From NCBI GenBank assembly GCA_951406725.2, contig OX597824.1, positions 96,534,001 to 96,598,000 on the forward strand: a stretch of 64,000 nucleotides of DNA. The letters run 5' to 3'. Source of the DNA: Octopus vulgaris (Eukaryota). Below are positions 14,188-26,677 of the stretch, in pieces. Position 1 is the first letter of the stretch. Every line of letters starts with the position of its first letter. The translations under genes were made by a program, and so were the position numbers. Under the pieces are notes generated by a model, which did no database searches, had not been told where the DNA came from, and was given only the letters and a program-made list of their open reading frames with translations.

Positions 14188-14454
14188 GCGCAACACGCAC
14201 ATACACACACACTCTCTCTCTCACACACACACTCATCCCCACCCACATACGAACGCACACGCATACGAATATAAACATTAACACAGATTTTTGAATATAG
14301 ATCTTTGAGTTACGCAAAACACACACACACACACACACACATATTCTCTTTTAGTCTCTATCTGTCTCTGCCTGTATTATCTTTTAATCTACTGCGTTAT
14401 ATCTGAATTTCTTATCGTATCTTTATATCTGTATACGCATGCGTGAATGCCTGA

Positions 14455-14504
<50 letters not shown>

Positions 14505-14507
<3 letters not shown>

Positions 14508-14772
14508 ATAAAACGGTAAGATAACAAAAGAAAGAAAGAGACCTCAATATTATGTAAATAGAGGAAATTTATCTATACAATATGTTACATTACTCGGTAG
14601 TCAAGATAAAACTCTGAGTTTCAGATGCCGAAGTGGAAATCCACAACACCATCTCTTCGGTTATCTGGCTATAAATAGCCAGATAACCGAAGAGATGGTG
14701 TTGTGGATTTCCACTTCGGCATCTGAAACTCAGAGTTTTATCTTGACTACCGAGTAATGTAACATATTGTAT

Positions 14773-14777
<5 letters not shown>
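14505..14777. mobile_element. (TA)n-embedded Penelope-like pLTR fragment forming a perfect 208-bp palindrome
   Basis: 14570-14672 is the exact reverse complement of 14675-14777, with a 2-nt spacer. The left arm continues unpaired to 14505, and a related end occurs at about 40925-40990. Both sides are flanked by (TA)n. Confidence 0.8.
14681..14743 (+). ncRNA. Minimal type-I hammerhead ribozyme (U4C core variant), with an identical mirror copy on the minus strand at 14604-14666
   Basis: Stem I AGATAA/TTATCT, core CCGAAGA, stem II GATG..GTGGA-tt-TCCAC..CATC, then T-GAAA, stem III ACTC-A-GAGT and cleavage triplet GUU (predicted cut after 14737). Confidence 0.7.
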
Positions 14778-14807
<30 letters not shown>

Positions 14808-15103
14808 CATACAGATCAGCGACAGTTTGTCACTGGAAAAAGTGTATAGTATTTTGAGTTTGGAATGAGTTCTCATCGCTAGCTGGTGATTATCACACGT
14901 TGATAACGGGTTACTAATCAGAAACCCGGGTCTATGTGTATCATGCCAGACTAGAGATGGGAACTATGATTTCCCTTCGCAAATACAAATCAGACACAGA
15001 CAGTGTGTCGTTAGCCAGCCAGAGGAGAGGGCTTCTGGAGCTGTAAACAACAGTAGCATTATGGGTCCACCATATTTAGGTGGCAAATGGCAAATATACT
15101 TCA

Positions 15104-15139
<36 letters not shown>

Positions 15140-15589
15140 CGGTCAATCAATCAATCAATCGATGGATCAATCAATCTATCGATCAATCAACCAATCCATT
15201 TGTACACACATATACATACATGGACCTGCTCGTACGGTACAGACATAAATTAACTCGGCAGAGACAAGAAAAAGAATGTACTGTCATAAGGTCAGCTGCG
15301 CTGATGATGCGATAATTTCTTGGAAAAATCAAAGGGCCGAAAATCACTCTATACATGCGCTTCTACGGCCAGATTATAAACCCTGATTTCTAGCCATAAT
15401 AATTGGCTCACTGGGTTTTAAGTGAGAATATGGGTAAGCTTGGGTTTTCAGAAAATAAAATCAACCAGCTAAACCGAACATTGCAAATACAATCAGCAAT
15501 TAATGTATAACCATATACCAATAAGAATATTTCTGTGTTAAGAGCGACTTGCCAGACATGACCATCCCTCTTATTCTGACATAAAAGGA

Positions 15590-15864
15590 GCACTCCGTCG
15601 GTTACGACGACGAGGGTCCGAGCTGATACGATCAACAGCTTGATCGTGAAATTAACGTGCAAGTGGCTGAGCACTCCACAGACACGTGAACTCCTAACGT
15701 AGTTCTCAAGGCGATTCAGCGCGACACAGAGTGTGACAAGGCCGGCCCTTTGAAATACAGGTAGAACTCATTTTTGCCAGCTGAGTGGACTGGAATCGCC
15801 GGGAATCGAACTCACGACCTTACAATCGTGAGCCAAATGCCCTAACCACTAAGCCACGCGCCTT
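15590..15864 (-). mobile_element. tRNA-derived SINE family C
   Basis: Minus strand reads ggcgcgtggcttagtggttagggcatttggctcacgattgtaaggtcgtgagttcgattccc and is homologous to 51535-51852. Confidence 0.8.
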
Positions 15865-16319
15865 CACTTATTCTGACATATTAGCTTATTCAGGGCCAGT
15901 TTATCCAGAATATGCTTAACTATTGTGGAGAAGCATTTTGAAGAAGATTTGGCTGCGATTTCTCGCATGGCTATCGACCACATAGTAACGTGTGGTGGTG
16001 ACGGTGCTAGTGTTGGTAGTGTTGAGAATGTTGAGGCTGGAAGTGGTGGTGAGGGTGAAGATAAGGACATATTCGTGGTGGTGTTGGCGAAGGTGTTACT
16101 GGAGCAGGTGGGTGTGACGTTAGGGCCATTGTTGTTGTTGTGGGTGGAGGTGGATTTCATGGCGGAGCTGTTGTTGGTAACGGAGTGGTTATTGGTGGTG
16201 AAGCTGATAGTGGCGAGAGTGGGGGTGATGGGGAATGTGAGTGAGTGGAGCTGTGGAGTGTGTGCTGAGTGCAGCTATGTTATTGCTTCTAGGGGCGGTG
16301 GCTGGTGTTGGCGGTGTCG

Positions 16320-16515
16320 GTAGTGATGCTGATGTTGATGGTGGTGGTGGTGGTGGTGGTGGCGGTGGTGATGGTGATGGTGATGGTGGTGGTGATGGTG
16401 GTGATGGTGGTGGTGGTGGTGGTGGTGGTGATGGTGGTGACGGTGGTGATGCTGGTGACGTTGGTGGTGGTGATGGTGGTGGTGATGGTGGTGGTGGTGG
16501 TGGTGGTGGTGATGG
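16320..16515. repeat. (GGT/GAT)n trinucleotide low-complexity tract
   Basis: Directly visible. It is flanked by a diverged direct repeat (tgtgtgc.gagtgcagc.atgtt.ttgctt) at about 16261 and 16581. Confidence 0.85.
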
Positions 16516-17169
16516 TAAAAGTAATTGCGAGGGAGATGAGCTGTGGAGGTGTGGGTTTACGCTTTTGGCTGCAATTTGCGTGTGTGCGGAGTGCAGCGAT
16601 GTTGTTGCTTTTGGAGGCGGTGTTGGTGGCAGGAGGTGAAGGCAAGGGAAGTGGTGTAAGAGAGAACCACTTCAGAGGTGGATGACACAAGCAGGCGATA
16701 CATTCTGGACAATGGAGCAATTAGTGACCGATACATGGACACAAGATAAAGCCCAATGCCTTGAGCCACTCCTTACATCACCACCACAAACTTTACTAAT
16801 ATTAACACCACCACCACCACCACCACCACCATTACTAACACTAGCATCACCACCACCACCGCTGACACCGTCGTCAACAACACCTCCGCCGCCGCCACTC
16901 CCCCACCTCAATCGCCCCATAGACTCCATTCGCTCACCCTTTGACTTCTTTCTCTTTTCTTCAATAAACGTAAACAAGTGCTGTGTCTGTGTGTATTGAG
17001 ATATACATACATACCTATCTACATACATGCATACATACATACATACATACATTCTTTTATTCATTTACTTGTTTCAGTCATTTGACTACGGCCATGCTGG
17101 AGCACCGCCTTTAGTCGAACAAATCGACCCCAGGACTTATTCTTTGTAAGCCTAGTACTTATTCTATAA

Positions 17170-17870
17170 ATACCTGAACAGGCATAATAATTATCTTAAA
17201 AACTTAGCTATTAAGAACTGAGAAATACAGAAGGAATCTTCGTACAATCTGAGAAAACGAGGAACTTATATAAATTAGACATAGAACCATATGATAGCTG
17301 ACTAGAGATAGAAGTCAATAAAAAAAATAATTCTTTAGAGGAAATGAATAAGTGTTATAAAGAAATTATGACGAATTATGAACTAGATAAAAAAGAAACA
17401 GTACCCTATGTGCCATTGAACCCAAGGATAACGTTAAAAGACCACAAAGATAATTTCTATGCAGACCTTAAAGTCTGACTAATATGCCCATGTAAGTCGG
17501 ATCTGGGGAAATTAAGTAAATTTATATTAGATAAATATTTAAATAAATTAAATAATTTAGATCACCTAAAACAATGGAAACTTTACAATAGTTTTAAAAT
17601 ATTAAAAACAGTAAGGAATATAAGTTTATATAAATAGATATTGATAATTATTATGCATCGATAAATGAAATAGTGTTGAATAAGGCCTTGATGTATGCCA
17701 AAAATAGAATAGGAATGACGATGGAGGAAATTAAGGTAGTCCAAATGGCAAGGAAATCACTCATTAAATACAAAAATAAATTATGGGCTAGAAAGGACAC
17801 AAGGGAGTATTTTGATGTACCTATGGGAGCGCCAGATTCAGCGCAAAACTCTGTCCAGGTGTGTTTACAC
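17170..17870 (+). pseudogene. Degenerate Penelope-like (Naiad/Chlamys-type) reverse transcriptase fragment
   Basis: Translations PRITLKDHKDNFYADLKV*LICPCKSDLGKLSKFILDK (from 17422), DIDNYYASINE (about 17637) and FDVPMGAPDSAQ (about 17810). These match the ITLKDHK..F...RLINP.KS.LG, FDI..FYPSI and FDV.MG..DGAE motifs of Naiad-type PLE RTs. Stops and frameshifts are present. Confidence 0.8.
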
Positions 17871-17969
17871 CTGATATTCTTGCCCAGCTGAGTGAAGAGA
17901 TTCGCTCTTGAAGATACTATCTTTAGTATTTCCGATGCGCGGATTCTAAGGTAGGGGATTAAAATATAG

Positions 17970-18374
17970 ATGAGTAACCAAGATGTACAGGTGTCAATTC
18001 CTTACAGCCGTTTCAAGTGACTCCTTTAATTGATTAATGAAAATATTACATCATTTGGAAGAAACCGTTTTAGTCAGATGACCGCATAGACTTCAAACAT
18101 AAAGGATAAAACCATTGCTTCAACATATTCACATCAATGTTGGAGCTCAAAATACTCTCTGCTAGAGATATGACAACAGAAGCAATGTTAATATTTTGAG
18201 TTAATTTATTAATGTGTATATGTTAAAACAGTGATTTTATCCTTTATGTTTCAAGTCTATGCAATCATTTGACGAGAACTGTTTCTTACATATGATGTAA
18301 TGTTTTCATCAATCAATTAAAGGAGCCGCTTGAAACGGCCGTAATGAGTTGATGCCTGTACATCTTCGTTACTC

Positions 18375-18376
<2 letters not shown>
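17970..18376. mobile_element. Diverged inverted repeat with about 170-bp arms, each arm a hammerhead motif (pLTR pair next to the PLE RT remnant)
   Basis: Right arm (+): TCAT-TTGACGA(18269)-long stem II-GAA-ACGGCCGT-A-ATGA(18347). Left arm (-): TCAT-CTGACTA...GAA-ACGGCTGT-A. The element ends at (CA)n. Confidence 0.7.
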
Positions 18377-18424
<48 letters not shown>

Positions 18425-18887
18425 GACACTGTGTTCTACTGTTTAAAATTCAAAATAACCACCAGAGAGTTCCACTTAAAGAACTGAGCCAGTGCATGTG
18501 TTTTTTACTACCGGCATAATGGCCTTCTCAAGGTTCAATAGTATATATATATATATATATATATAAACACACACACATATGTTCATATATATATATATAC
18601 ATCTGTATATGTATATATATGTATATGTGTGAGTGTGCGTGTATTACATAGTTATATGTATGTTGTGTGTATATATATATATTAAAATTTAGTAGAAGCA
18701 ACAGGTTGATTCAAGGGCTGAGAATTTCATGCGTTGGTACTTATGAAACGCACGAAACTTCTTACCATACAGCCACGCCTGTGCCTATATATAGTACATG
18801 CATGCATACATACATACATACATACATACATATACATACATATATATATGTATGTGTATATATATACATATATATATATGTATATAT

Positions 18888-18955
<68 letters not shown>

Positions 18956-19420
18956 TGTATATGTATGTGTGTGTGTGTGTGTATTTGTGTGTATTTGTGT
19001 GCGTGTGTCGGTATCTGCGTTGTTTCTAGCATGAAAGCAAGTAATGTAATGCATGACTAAGATATATTAATGAACGCAAATAACGAATAGAAAAGTATTT
19101 GGTTTTTTTTTTTTTACGACAGACAGCTGGAAATAGTGCAGTGCAGACACTGATGTATGTACCCAACTTCTATTATATGGCTTGTTCTGTTTATTGCATC
19201 CCCCGCCGCCGCCGCCGCTCCTCTGCCTCCTCTTCCTCCACCTCCTCCTCCTCCTCCTCCTCCTCCTCCTCCTACTACTACTACTACTACTACTAACTCG
19301 TCCATCACTTGACTTATTACGGTGACAACTGCGAACATGTTCCCGTCATATTAGGGACTCATCAGCCAGTGATCCATAGTCTAGCTGTGTCACCAATATC
19401 TTACAATGATCATATATGTA

Positions 19421-19471
<51 letters not shown>

Positions 19472-19855
19472 GCAATATGTATGTGTGTGTATGCATGCGA
19501 AAAATGTAGTAAGGTGGTTGTATCTCATGGTTTATATAAGAAAGCAATGAAGGTTAACAGGCAAGCCTTTTTATAAACATGATGACTTTTTAAAAAGCGG
19601 TTCAACATCAAATAGGTTAACACACCCATTTACAGGTTTCCACGTTGTGTATATTGTATTAATTTAACCATGCAGAAAAACCATATCTTAAATGCGTGTG
19701 TATATGTGTGAATATGTGCGTGTGTTTGTGTGTCTGTGTGTGTGTGTGTGCGTGATAATGTGCGCGCGCCTATCCCAATGTGGTTCACATACGCACAAAG
19801 CATCAAAGATATCAAAATACCCACGCACCCTCATGTGCAAGGTATAGTTATTGCT

Positions 19856-19967
<112 letters not shown>

Positions 19968-20222
19968 CATGTCTTGCTTATTTTTACACTTTGGTTTTTT
20001 TGCTGAGATTCTTTCTTGAGAACACATTCTTCGTGGTAAATGGCGATTTGACGTCTATGTTTAGCATATAGGCTGTCCACTTTTAGTGGTCAGTCTTCTA
20101 AATTTTGTATGTAAAAAAATTTTTAATCTTCGGATTTTTTTAAATATGCTAAGCCACTGGTTTTAATTGATTAGTATCAATTTCTACCCTTATTTAATAT
20201 TATATATATACACACACACACA

Positions 20223-20420
20223 CAGTAATGCCTCGAAATACAAGTTAATTAGTTCCCAGAGACTGCCCGTAAAGCGAAAACTCGTAAAACAGGGCAGTAA
20301 TTTCTCATTGTAGCAATGTTATAAATCGTAATTCGTTCTCAGAAAAATATTTTACCTATAAAATTTATGATACTCGTAAATAAATGGCAATAAAAGAATA
20401 GTAAAATGTAAAGAATATTT
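20223..20420 (+). mobile_element. Possible pogo/Tigger-like DNA transposon end fragment
   Basis: Begins cagtaatgcctcga...cgaaaactcgta, resembling Tigger-type termini. No partner TIR was found. Confidence 0.35.
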
Positions 20421-21040
20421 TATGTATCATGTGGCTAGGGAAGCAAGCTTCCAACCCTACAGCCACGTCAGCACCTATTATGTGTGTGTGTGAGTGTGTA
20501 CGTGATGACCTCTTACATCCGTTTCGCACCAAGGCTGATCAGTATTTCGATCAAACAGATAACCTCCTCATTGATTGAAGCGTACGAAGTGATTTGAATT
20601 CATTAGCCTTAGCGTAATTCTTTGGCAGAATGAGAGTGACGCGTGTGTGTCACGGTTGGACTTGTTACGCTTCTGTCTTACTACTACGCTTTATGCTGCT
20701 GGTGCCCTGGATTACTGATCCTGGTTCTGTTTCTGTCCACGAAAATTCCCCTGCAACTATGCTCCGTAGAGGGTGGCGAGAGAAAAGCTTTAAAGCCGAG
20801 TTGTTACATACGTGATCGATCTAAAAGCTTTTCGTGCATAAAGAAACAAAAAAATAAAAGAGACAGTGACAGGTCCTCGAGGTCGTCTGTTGAGTGGTGA
20901 GAAAAGGTACACCCGGTGGGTCAGCAAATGAAATTGCCTCGTCCTCCTTACCGGGAGGGGCGGAGCAAGCCATGAAACCTTATACACTTCCTCTCAGCTA
21001 GGGACAACGGAAAATAGGGAGAACATCATCATAGGGAGAA

Positions 21041-21097
<57 letters not shown>

Positions 21098-21871
21098 TAT
21101 CATCATCATCGTCATCGTCGTCGTCAATAACAACAACAACAATTACAAAGCGCTCTGGAATCATTCCCTCGCAACAGTGGAACCAACTTATGCGGATGAG
21201 AACCAGAGGCTTATATCGAGGGAAAGGAGGTTCCTTAAAAAAAAAAACACCAACAGACAAGAAACAACAACCGAAAGGACCCCCAGCCCAACCAAAAGTT
21301 TTTTAAAATCCAACATGGAATACCCAATTCCTGCAAAGATTTAAATTCTCACCATTGTGGGGGAAACTCTTTATATTATCAATGAGAAGCAATGACCAAC
21401 AAGGAAGAACTAAACCCGGATCGTAAAACATTTCTACAATATACTTAATGAACAGCCAAACAAATAAGGTCAACAGGCAAACAACTAAATAATCTTCGAA
21501 ATGTCACACTTTACGAAGTATTACACACACACTCTCTCTCTCACTCTCTTCCCCCTCTCTCTCCCTCTCATGGGTGCGTAGTTTAAGAGAAGTGTAGATC
21601 ACGAACTGCGCATATTACTCCGCGCCGTTCAGCGGAGTAATTGACTTTCAGGGCGATACGATGGCTGCCTTATAATTGTATAACTAACATTTGGTGTAAT
21701 TATAAACAGGGCAAATTTTAGCCATTTCTCTGCAGACTGGAAAAAATGATGAACAACCTTAATCGATTTTCGAACCTTATTGGGTTCTCATCAGACGCAT
21801 CTACATCCAGAGAAACTAGCAGCCAAACGGTTTATATTCTCAACAAATGCAGCAGTTACTCTATGAAGGAG

Positions 21872-21917
<46 letters not shown>

Positions 21918-22004
21918 ACTCACTCACTCACTCACTCACTCACTCACTCACTCACTCACTCACTCACTCACTCACTCTCTCTCTCTCTCTCTCTCACTCA
22001 CTCA

Positions 22005-22038
<34 letters not shown>

Positions 22039-22151
22039 CACGTGATCACGTGACCGACCAGACCATCAGATGTTGTTACACATCGCTGGTCACAATGCGT
22101 TCGTATTGTTTTAGCCTTCGAATGACGCCACCCCGTTGGCTAAGCGAGCAG

Positions 22152-22194
<43 letters not shown>

Positions 22195-22430
22195 TCGTAG
22201 TTCTCCTGTGTGACACCTCTGTCCGGCATTCGCCATGGTTGATCGCTAGCCACTAAACCTTTTTTATTTTCTCTCCCTGTTTAATTCTGTGTTCCTTTCT
22301 GTCGAAGAGCGTAGGCTCGAAACGTTAAAGACTTTCTCACTTCCCGGGCGTTAAACTAATACATCTGTTTGTTGTTTACACACCCGTCTTCGAATTTTGC
22401 TTTTTTTGTTTTGTAAATTCTCCTTATATA
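22195..22430 (+). mobile_element. Short (TA)n-flanked element with a minimal hammerhead variant (CUGUCGA core)
   Basis: CTTT-CTGTCGA-A-GAG(cgtagg)CTC-GAA-ACGT-T-AAAG at 22295-22330. Homologous copies lie at 34020-34190 (-) and 56685-56875 (-). Confidence 0.6.
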
Positions 22431-22444
22431 CATATATACATAGG

Positions 22445-22800
22445 TAGGTTTCAAATTTTGGCCCCAAACCAGCAAATTCAGGGAAAAGAGGTAAGTCGAT
22501 TACATTGACCCCAAATGGAACTTATTTTACCGACATCGAAAAGATGAAAAGCAAAGGCGATTTAGACGGAATTTGAACTCAGAACGTAAAGCTGGACAAA
22601 AAGCCGCTAAGCAATTTTCTCGGCTCGGTAACCATTCTGCCAGCTCACCGCCTTTTCCGTCTACCAAATCTGCTGAGAAGGCTTTGATCAGGTCGAGGCT
22701 ATAGTAGAAGACATCTGCCCAAGGTGTCACGCAGTGGGACTGAACCTGGAACCATGTGGTTGGGAAGCAACCTGATTACCACACAGTCACTTCTGCGCCT
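22445..22800 (-). mobile_element. Adjacent SINE B and SINE A fragments
   Basis: ttctgccagctcaccgcc is the reverse of the family B head. gcagtgggactgaacctggaaccatgtgg is the reverse of the family A head. Confidence 0.75.
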
Positions 22801-23676
22801 CTGTTAATGTTTGCTTTTATCTTCTTTACTTTAATATGATAGCGACTTCGAAGTTTCGGCCAGCAAAAGCCATCGTCTATGTACATACACAATATATATA
22901 CATACATACACTCACAAACACATACATACACGCACCTACATCTACAACTCTTACCGCCATGTATTCCACCTTAAGCATCATCATCATCCTCTTCCTACTC
23001 ATCGTCATCATTGTTCTCATTGTCATGTTCATCTCATAATGAGAGATACTATTGGAACCACCACCACCACCACCACCACCACCACCACCTTCGCCAACCG
23101 TGACAAGCACAAAAAAAAACAAAACAAAGAATACCGGCATCAACACCTCGCGTTCATTAGCATAAGCGTTTTCCGCCAACGTCGTAAAATTGACACAACA
23201 TTTTAATCCGGCACTAATCTGCTTTAATCCGATTTGACAATGGTTTAAAAGTGAAAGTAGAGAAACGCGTGTGAAGAGATGACAGAAACAATACGGTGTT
23301 TGATTGATGTTGTGGTTAATGTTGTGTTAAAAATGACATGGCGGCCACCCACTTATTGTGGATGTGGTGGTGGTGGTGGTGGGGGGCTTAGAGATGGTGG
23401 CAGTTGATGTCGGGGGGAGGGGGAGGGGGCGAAATAGCAGTGCGGGGTGGCGGTCCAGTAGCACATATGGTCGGAGGAGTAACAGCCGCTGTTAGCAAAG
23501 GTGATGATGGAAAGATTGGTGGAGAGATAGACGGATAAAACGACAGATCGAGCGGTAGAGAAATTCACGCCTGAATGCGTGACATCGATGTTCGCCTGGG
23601 GTTAAATGCAACAGTAACACCCCCACCACCCTGCCCTGTCCCTAGCCATATTCAGATGGCTTTAGTCCCTTATGTT

Positions 23677-23733
<57 letters not shown>

Positions 23734-23739
23734 TATATA

Positions 23740-24044
23740 TATATATCACGTGATCACGTGACCGACCAGGCCATCAGATGTTGCTACACATCGCTGGTCA
23801 CAATGCGTTCGTATTGTTTTAACCTTTGAATGACGCCACCCCACTAGCTAAGGGAGCAGGCCAAAAGAAGAAAGAGAGAAAGAGTGGTGAAAGAGTACAG
23901 CAGGGATCACCACCCCCTGCCGGAGCCTCGTGGAGCCTTTAGGTGTTTTCGCTCAATAAACACACACAACGCCCGGTCTGGGAATCGAAACCGCGATCCT
24001 ACGACCGCGAGTCCGCTGCCCTAACCACTAGGCCATTGCGCCTC

Positions 24045-24046
<2 letters not shown>
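23740..24046 (-). mobile_element. tRNA(Arg)-like SINE family D
   Basis: Minus strand reads ggaggcgcaatggcctagtggttagggcagcggactcgcggtcgtaggatcgcggtttcgattccc, and the tail ends ggtcacgtgatcacgtga-(TA)n. A 3' fragment recurs at 22038-22155. Confidence 0.8.
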
Positions 24047-24084
<38 letters not shown>

Positions 24085-24085
<1 letters not shown>

Positions 24086-25787
24086 TAAGGTATGTAGAAA
24101 AATACAACATGGACAAGAACGTATAACTCTTAGAAGACGACACAATAAACACGGACAGGACATTCGAAACCCTCAGTCTTCAGTCAAGAACCGGATCATC
24201 GTAGTAATTTCGGCTGATTAATCTTGAGATTACTGGATCACGGCCAGCCCTCCAAGAAAAACCAAGCAACGAGCATTAGAAAAACTAAGCTGGAAGCGTA
24301 GATTTCCTGGAAGAAGGATCGAATGCATACGAACACCAGGACAGCAAAAGGGACAGATATAAAAAAACAAAAAACAATGATGGAATACAGAAACATGAAA
24401 TACAGAAGCATTAACGGTGAAAACAACAGTGTCTTACGACTGATAACAAGCAAACAAATTTTTTCTCTGGCGCAATGGAAAAAGCCTTTATAGTGGCGGA
24501 CGAAAACAGCGATGTTAACAGAACGAGGGTCAGAGGCTGAAAGGCAGATTTCGGCCAACAGTCACGTGACAGAGAAGAGGGAAAAGAAAAGAAAGAGAAG
24601 CAAAGGAAGAGAGAGAGAGAGGAGGGACAAACGCAACAAAGAGAGAGAAGAGAGAGAAAGAAGGAATCAGAGAGGAGAAGGGATGGGTGTCGAAGAATGA
24701 CCTGTGAGTGCAGAGCGAGACAAAGAAATAGGAGGGTAGTGGAAGACTAGACCAAAGAATCAGAGGAAAGAGAAGAGAAAAAGAGGATGAGTAGAGAGAA
24801 AAGAGAGAGAGGGGGACAGATCAAGTAAAAATGAGAGAGAGAGAGAGACAAACAGAGAGTCGTACCAATTATTAAGAATATGTGCTCACATAAATGTTAA
24901 GGGGGGTACGGGGCGCCTGGAATATATGTTAAGGTATGTAGAAAAATACAACATGGACAAGAACGTATAACTCTTAGAAGACGACACAATAAACACGGAC
25001 AGGACATTCGAAACCCTCAGTCTTCAGTCAAGAACCGGATCATCGTAGTAATTTCGGCTGATTAATCTTGAGATTACTGGATCACGGCCAGCCCTCCAAG
25101 AAAAACCAAGCAACGAGCATTAGAAAAACTAAGCTGGAAGCGTAGATTTCCTGGAAGAAGGATCGAATGCATACGAACACCAGGACAGCAAAAGGGACAG
25201 ATATAAAAAAACAAAAAACAATGATGGAATACAGAAACATGAAATACAGAAGCATTAACGGTGAAAACAACAGTGTCTTACGACTGATAACAAGCAAACA
25301 AATTTTTTCTCTGGCGCAATGGAAAAAGCCTTTATAGTGGCGGACGAAAACAGCGATGTTAACAGAACGAGGGTCAGAGGCTGAAAGGCAGATTTCGGCC
25401 AACAGTCACGTGACAGAGAAGAGGGAAAAGAAAAGAAAGAGAAGCAAAGGAAGAGAGAGAGAGAGGAGGGACAAACGCAACAAAGAGAGAGAAGAGAGAG
25501 AAAGAAGGAATCAGAGAGGAGAAGGGATGGGTGTCGAAGAATGACCTGTGAGTGCAGAGCGAGACAAAGAAATAGGAGGGTAGTGGAAGACTAGACCAAA
25601 GAATCAGAGGAAAGAGAAGAGAAAAAGAGGATGAGTAGAGAGAAAAGAGAGAGAGGGGGACAGATCAAGTAAAAATGAGAGAGAGAGAGAGACAAACAGA
25701 GAGTCGTACCAATTATTAAGAATATGTGCTCACATAAATGTTAAGGGGGGTACGGGGCGCCTGGAATATATGTTAAGGTATGTAGAA
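24085..25787 (-). repeat. Tandem dimer of an 844-bp element plus a 15-bp terminal overhang, within (TA)-rich flanks
   Basis: ttaaggtatgtagaa starts at 24085, 24929 and 25773, a period of 844. The two units look identical. A diverged homologue of one end occurs at 40742-40855 (+). Confidence 0.9.
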
Positions 25788-26276
25788 TACATATACATAT
25801 ATGCATGTATGTATGTAAATATATATATATATATATGTATGTATGTAAATATATATACATACATATATATGTATATGTATATATATAATTACACACACAC
25901 ACACACACATATATATATGTTTATCTATCATTCTATTTATCAACTATATTAGAACATATTATTTCATGTTCTTGTATGGTTTGTAAAAGAAGTAACCCAA
26001 ACCGTCCTTCATCGCCTCACAGTAATAGAGCTGCTATATCAGGCATTTCGTGCTACTTCTTACGGCCATCTTAAGGGTTCGGTTTCTGTTCTGTCCATAA
26101 CCCTGGGCTTCACCTTAAACGATTCATCTATGTTTGCGTGTCGTACACAATTGCTGCCACACCCGTTTTCAAATTCCTCCCCTTCCCCACGAACACACTG
26201 ACCATCCTCCACCTCTATAATCCCCAACACCACCGTTGCGCCTCCCACCATCACCACTATCAGTATGCACCACTAA

Positions 26277-26356
<80 letters not shown>

Positions 26357-26627
26357 TCATATATGTATGTAAATATATATCTATATACATATGTACATAC
26401 ATATACTCATATATGTGTGAGCGTATGTATACATGTGTGCATGTGTGTGTGTGCGTATACGTTAGCAGGTGAAAGTCACCAGTACATACCAAGAATGCAA
26501 CTAGCTGGAACTCATCGTAAATCACTAAACGCGTGGGGTGGGGGTGAGTCGTATAGGTGTTGGTGTAATGTGGGGTGTGGATGGGGTGGTTGACCCACCA
26601 CAGTCACAAAAGTTGGTCACATTCACC

Positions 26628-26677
<50 letters not shown>

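Noticed and set aside
15864-17064. Gly/Asp-, Val- or Thr-rich ORFs resembling a structural or mucin-like protein
   Set aside because: They derive from (GGT/GAT)n and (ACC)n tracts that are open in several frames on both strands, with no convincing splice sites.
18420-18545. Possible further hammerhead (minus strand TTGAGAA-GGC..GCC)
   Set aside because: The core is too degenerate and there is no GAAA or stem III.
24238-25402. Duplicated 106-aa ORF (MAEICLSASD...)
   Set aside because: It has a non-ATG start, a low-complexity hydrophobic translation of T-rich repeat sequence and no recognisable domain.
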